Made by a program: the position numbers and the translations under genes. A stretch of 64,000 nucleotides of DNA, taken from contig OZ037846.1 in assembly GCA_964035575.1 (NCBI GenBank), positions 1,364,001 through 1,428,000 on the forward strand. Reading direction: 5' to 3'. Below the pieces are notes generated by a model that was not told where the DNA came from, ran no database searches, and worked only from the letters and a program-made list of their open reading frames with translations. This stretch comes from Rhynchopus sp. YZ270_cl-10. Taxonomy: Eukaryota. The number at the start of each line of letters is the position of its first letter. Within the stretch, counting starts at the first letter, position 1. Shown here in pieces: positions 62,119 to 64,000 of the stretch.

Positions 62119-63193
62119 CATACAATGCAACGAGGCCGGGTACGCCTGAAAATACTCATGTCTGGAAAATATATCTGAGGCGTGCCTGAGGCGTCACTGA
62201 GGCGTGCCTGAGGCGTACTCGGGATTAGTTACGTTTAAGTACGCCTCAGGCACGCCTGAGTATATATCAACGCATACTTGCGTTCCAGGCGCCTGGTGTG
62301 TATTTTTTCCCCGCAAAAAGGGCCTCTGATGCATTTCCGGAGCGATCTGAAAAAATTCCGGGGTCGGACAATTTTTTTTTAGAAAAACATGCGTGACTTT
62401 AAGTTTGTACCAAAAACCAGGGTGCTGATATATAAAATTATTATGCACAGGTCATCACGTTTCTAAGGCATGCCATGTATTTCCTCCGCCCCCTGAAATG
62501 TGCTGAAATCAACTTTCGGTGTCCTGCTGAGAAAATTGCGGGGTCGCAAGATATTTTTCGTGGAAAAATATCATGGTTACTGCTTACAGTAAACTGCCTC
62601 CAAAAAAGAGACTTCGCAGAAGATGAGTCATACCTCGGGTATGTGTAAAAAAGTCCTTTGGTCACCCCATAGTTGTACTAAAAATAGAGCTGTGGTCTGT
62701 GGATCAAGGAGGCCTGTGTAAAATTCTGGGATCTCGATGGGATCTCTCTAGTGTTAGAGGGTCCAGCCTTGTGTGAGCCTCTTCCGTCTTGCATCAAGTT
62801 GGGCCCCGAAGGGGCCCAGTCAAAAAGTACCCCCTAAATTTGTTTCCAATGATTCTTGAATCAATGAAATACCCGAAGGTACCACCAAAATATATATCAT
62901 CAACACCAAAGCTTAGCGAACCCTTTTCATTTTTTCGACTCGCTCGGCCCAGAGGCACATTTTTCATCGTGCGACCCCGCATTTGAAAGATTTTGGTACC
63001 TCTGAATCGAAAGCCACAAAATTTGGGGGTAAATACTTTTTTGTTCATGACCAAAATGCTGGTAAGAATATAAATATACTCAGGCGTGCCTGAGGCGTAC
63101 TTAAACGTAACCAATCCCGAGTACGCCTCAGGCACGCCTGAGTATTTATTTTCAGGCCTTGGCGAGGCCGACTCGGCCTCGTTGCATTGTATG
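62119..63193. mobile_element. TIR element with 20-bp TIR and 6-bp TSD
   Basis: CATACAATGCAACGAGGCCG at both ends. TGAAAC at 62113-62118 and 63194-63199. Subterminal GGCGTGCCTGAGGCGT arrays. Absent from the paralogous spacer near 58210. Confidence 0.85.
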
Positions 63194-63471
63194 TGAAACA
63201 ATTCTTTTTTTCTCTTTTTTTCTCTAAAACAAAAAGGCTTGTTCCCACCCACCCCTGTGTATTTTCCGGTTGTACAATTGGCTCTTTATCCCCACCTACG
63301 TCGATTTCAATACTATACCTTGCTTCACCTTCGGTGACCCTTACAGGGGGTGAAGGAAGGTTGTGGGAAAAGGATTGTAAATCCAAACACCACCCAGTTA
63401 GTCAAGAGATGGATGGACAATCAATGGCTGTCTTTGCACCACTCCCACAACAGAAACCACACAAAACACGA

Positions 63472-64000
63472 ATGGAACTCAACATCGAGGGATTTGATGG
63501 TAAGACGTACGTCGTCGATGTGGATGTGGATGACACAGCGAAGCAGCTGCGGCAGAAGGTGGCAACTGCAGCGGGGTTTGCTGAAGACGCCTTTGACATG
63601 GACTTCGGAGGGAACGGCGAAGGAGAGGACTTCAACATCACAGCGCTGAGTGCTGGCGGCACAGTCGTGTTGACGCAGACGAAGCAGCAAGAGTCCATTG
63701 CAGCTCTTCGTGCATTGGGTGAGACAGACATCACACCAGAGAGGCTTGCGAGTGTGGAAGACCCGAAGGTAGCGCAGTTGTTTCTGCAGGCAGACGTTGT
63801 ATCTGCGATTCCTCGCAAGTTCCTCGCAAGCACTAATTTACGCAGCCTTGATCTGAGTGCCCCGTTGGCTGTTACTGCGATTGATGACGACTTCTTATCC
63901 GAGTGTTTGTCATTGGAATCAATTAACTTGTCTGGGTTGCGCAACGTCACGACAATAGGCGAGTTCTTCCTGCACGGCTGCCCGTCATTGCGCACTTTTG
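63472..64000 (+). CDS. UBL + LRR protein, tandem duplicate of 58493, truncated by the window edge
   Basis: 10 nt differences from the 58493 copy over the visible 529 nt; frame open. Confidence 0.9.
   Translation, partial: MELNIEGFDGKTYVVDVDVDDTAKQLRQKVATAAGFAEDAFDMDFGGNGEGEDFNITALSAGGTVVLTQTKQQESIAALRALGETDITPERLASVEDPKVAQLFLQADVVSAIPRKFLASTNLRSLDLSAPLAVTAIDDDFLSECLSLESINLSGLRNVTTIGEFFLHGCPSLRTF

Noticed and set aside
1..64000. tRNA, rRNA or spliced-leader RNA genes
   Set aside because: None recognised by eye. A covariance-model scan would be needed to exclude them.

Overview
Eukaryotic nuclear DNA, most consistent with a free-living euglenozoan such as a diplonemid. This assignment is inference: all intact genes lie on the + strand, upstream regions carry polypyrimidine tracts, short GT-AG introns are present, and the cyclase domains and one retroposon resemble trypanosomatid types. 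Host genes: a spliced protein with a mitochondrial-type presequence, a secreted EGF protein, four UBL+25-aa-LRR paralogues (one disrupted, one cut by the window edge), two multi-TM adenylate cyclases, a long coiled-coil protein, a divergent dynein heavy chain with degenerate AAA1 motifs, an FN2-like secreted protein, a 100-aa-period ankyrin protein and a PA200/Blm10-like protein. The intergenic DNA is rich in mobile elements. There is a tandem pair of ~600-bp short retroposons with a 19-bp target duplication and an ingi/L1Tc-like, HDV-ribozyme-like 5' end. Two Crypton-like elements are present, one with a tyrosine-recombinase remnant and one carrying a laminin-EGF fragment. At least eight TIR elements have 5-, 6-, 7- or 8-bp TSDs, and five of them share one GNA-hairpin cassette. 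A tandem duplication fused an LRR gene to a Blm10 fragment. All calls were made by eye; no searches were run.
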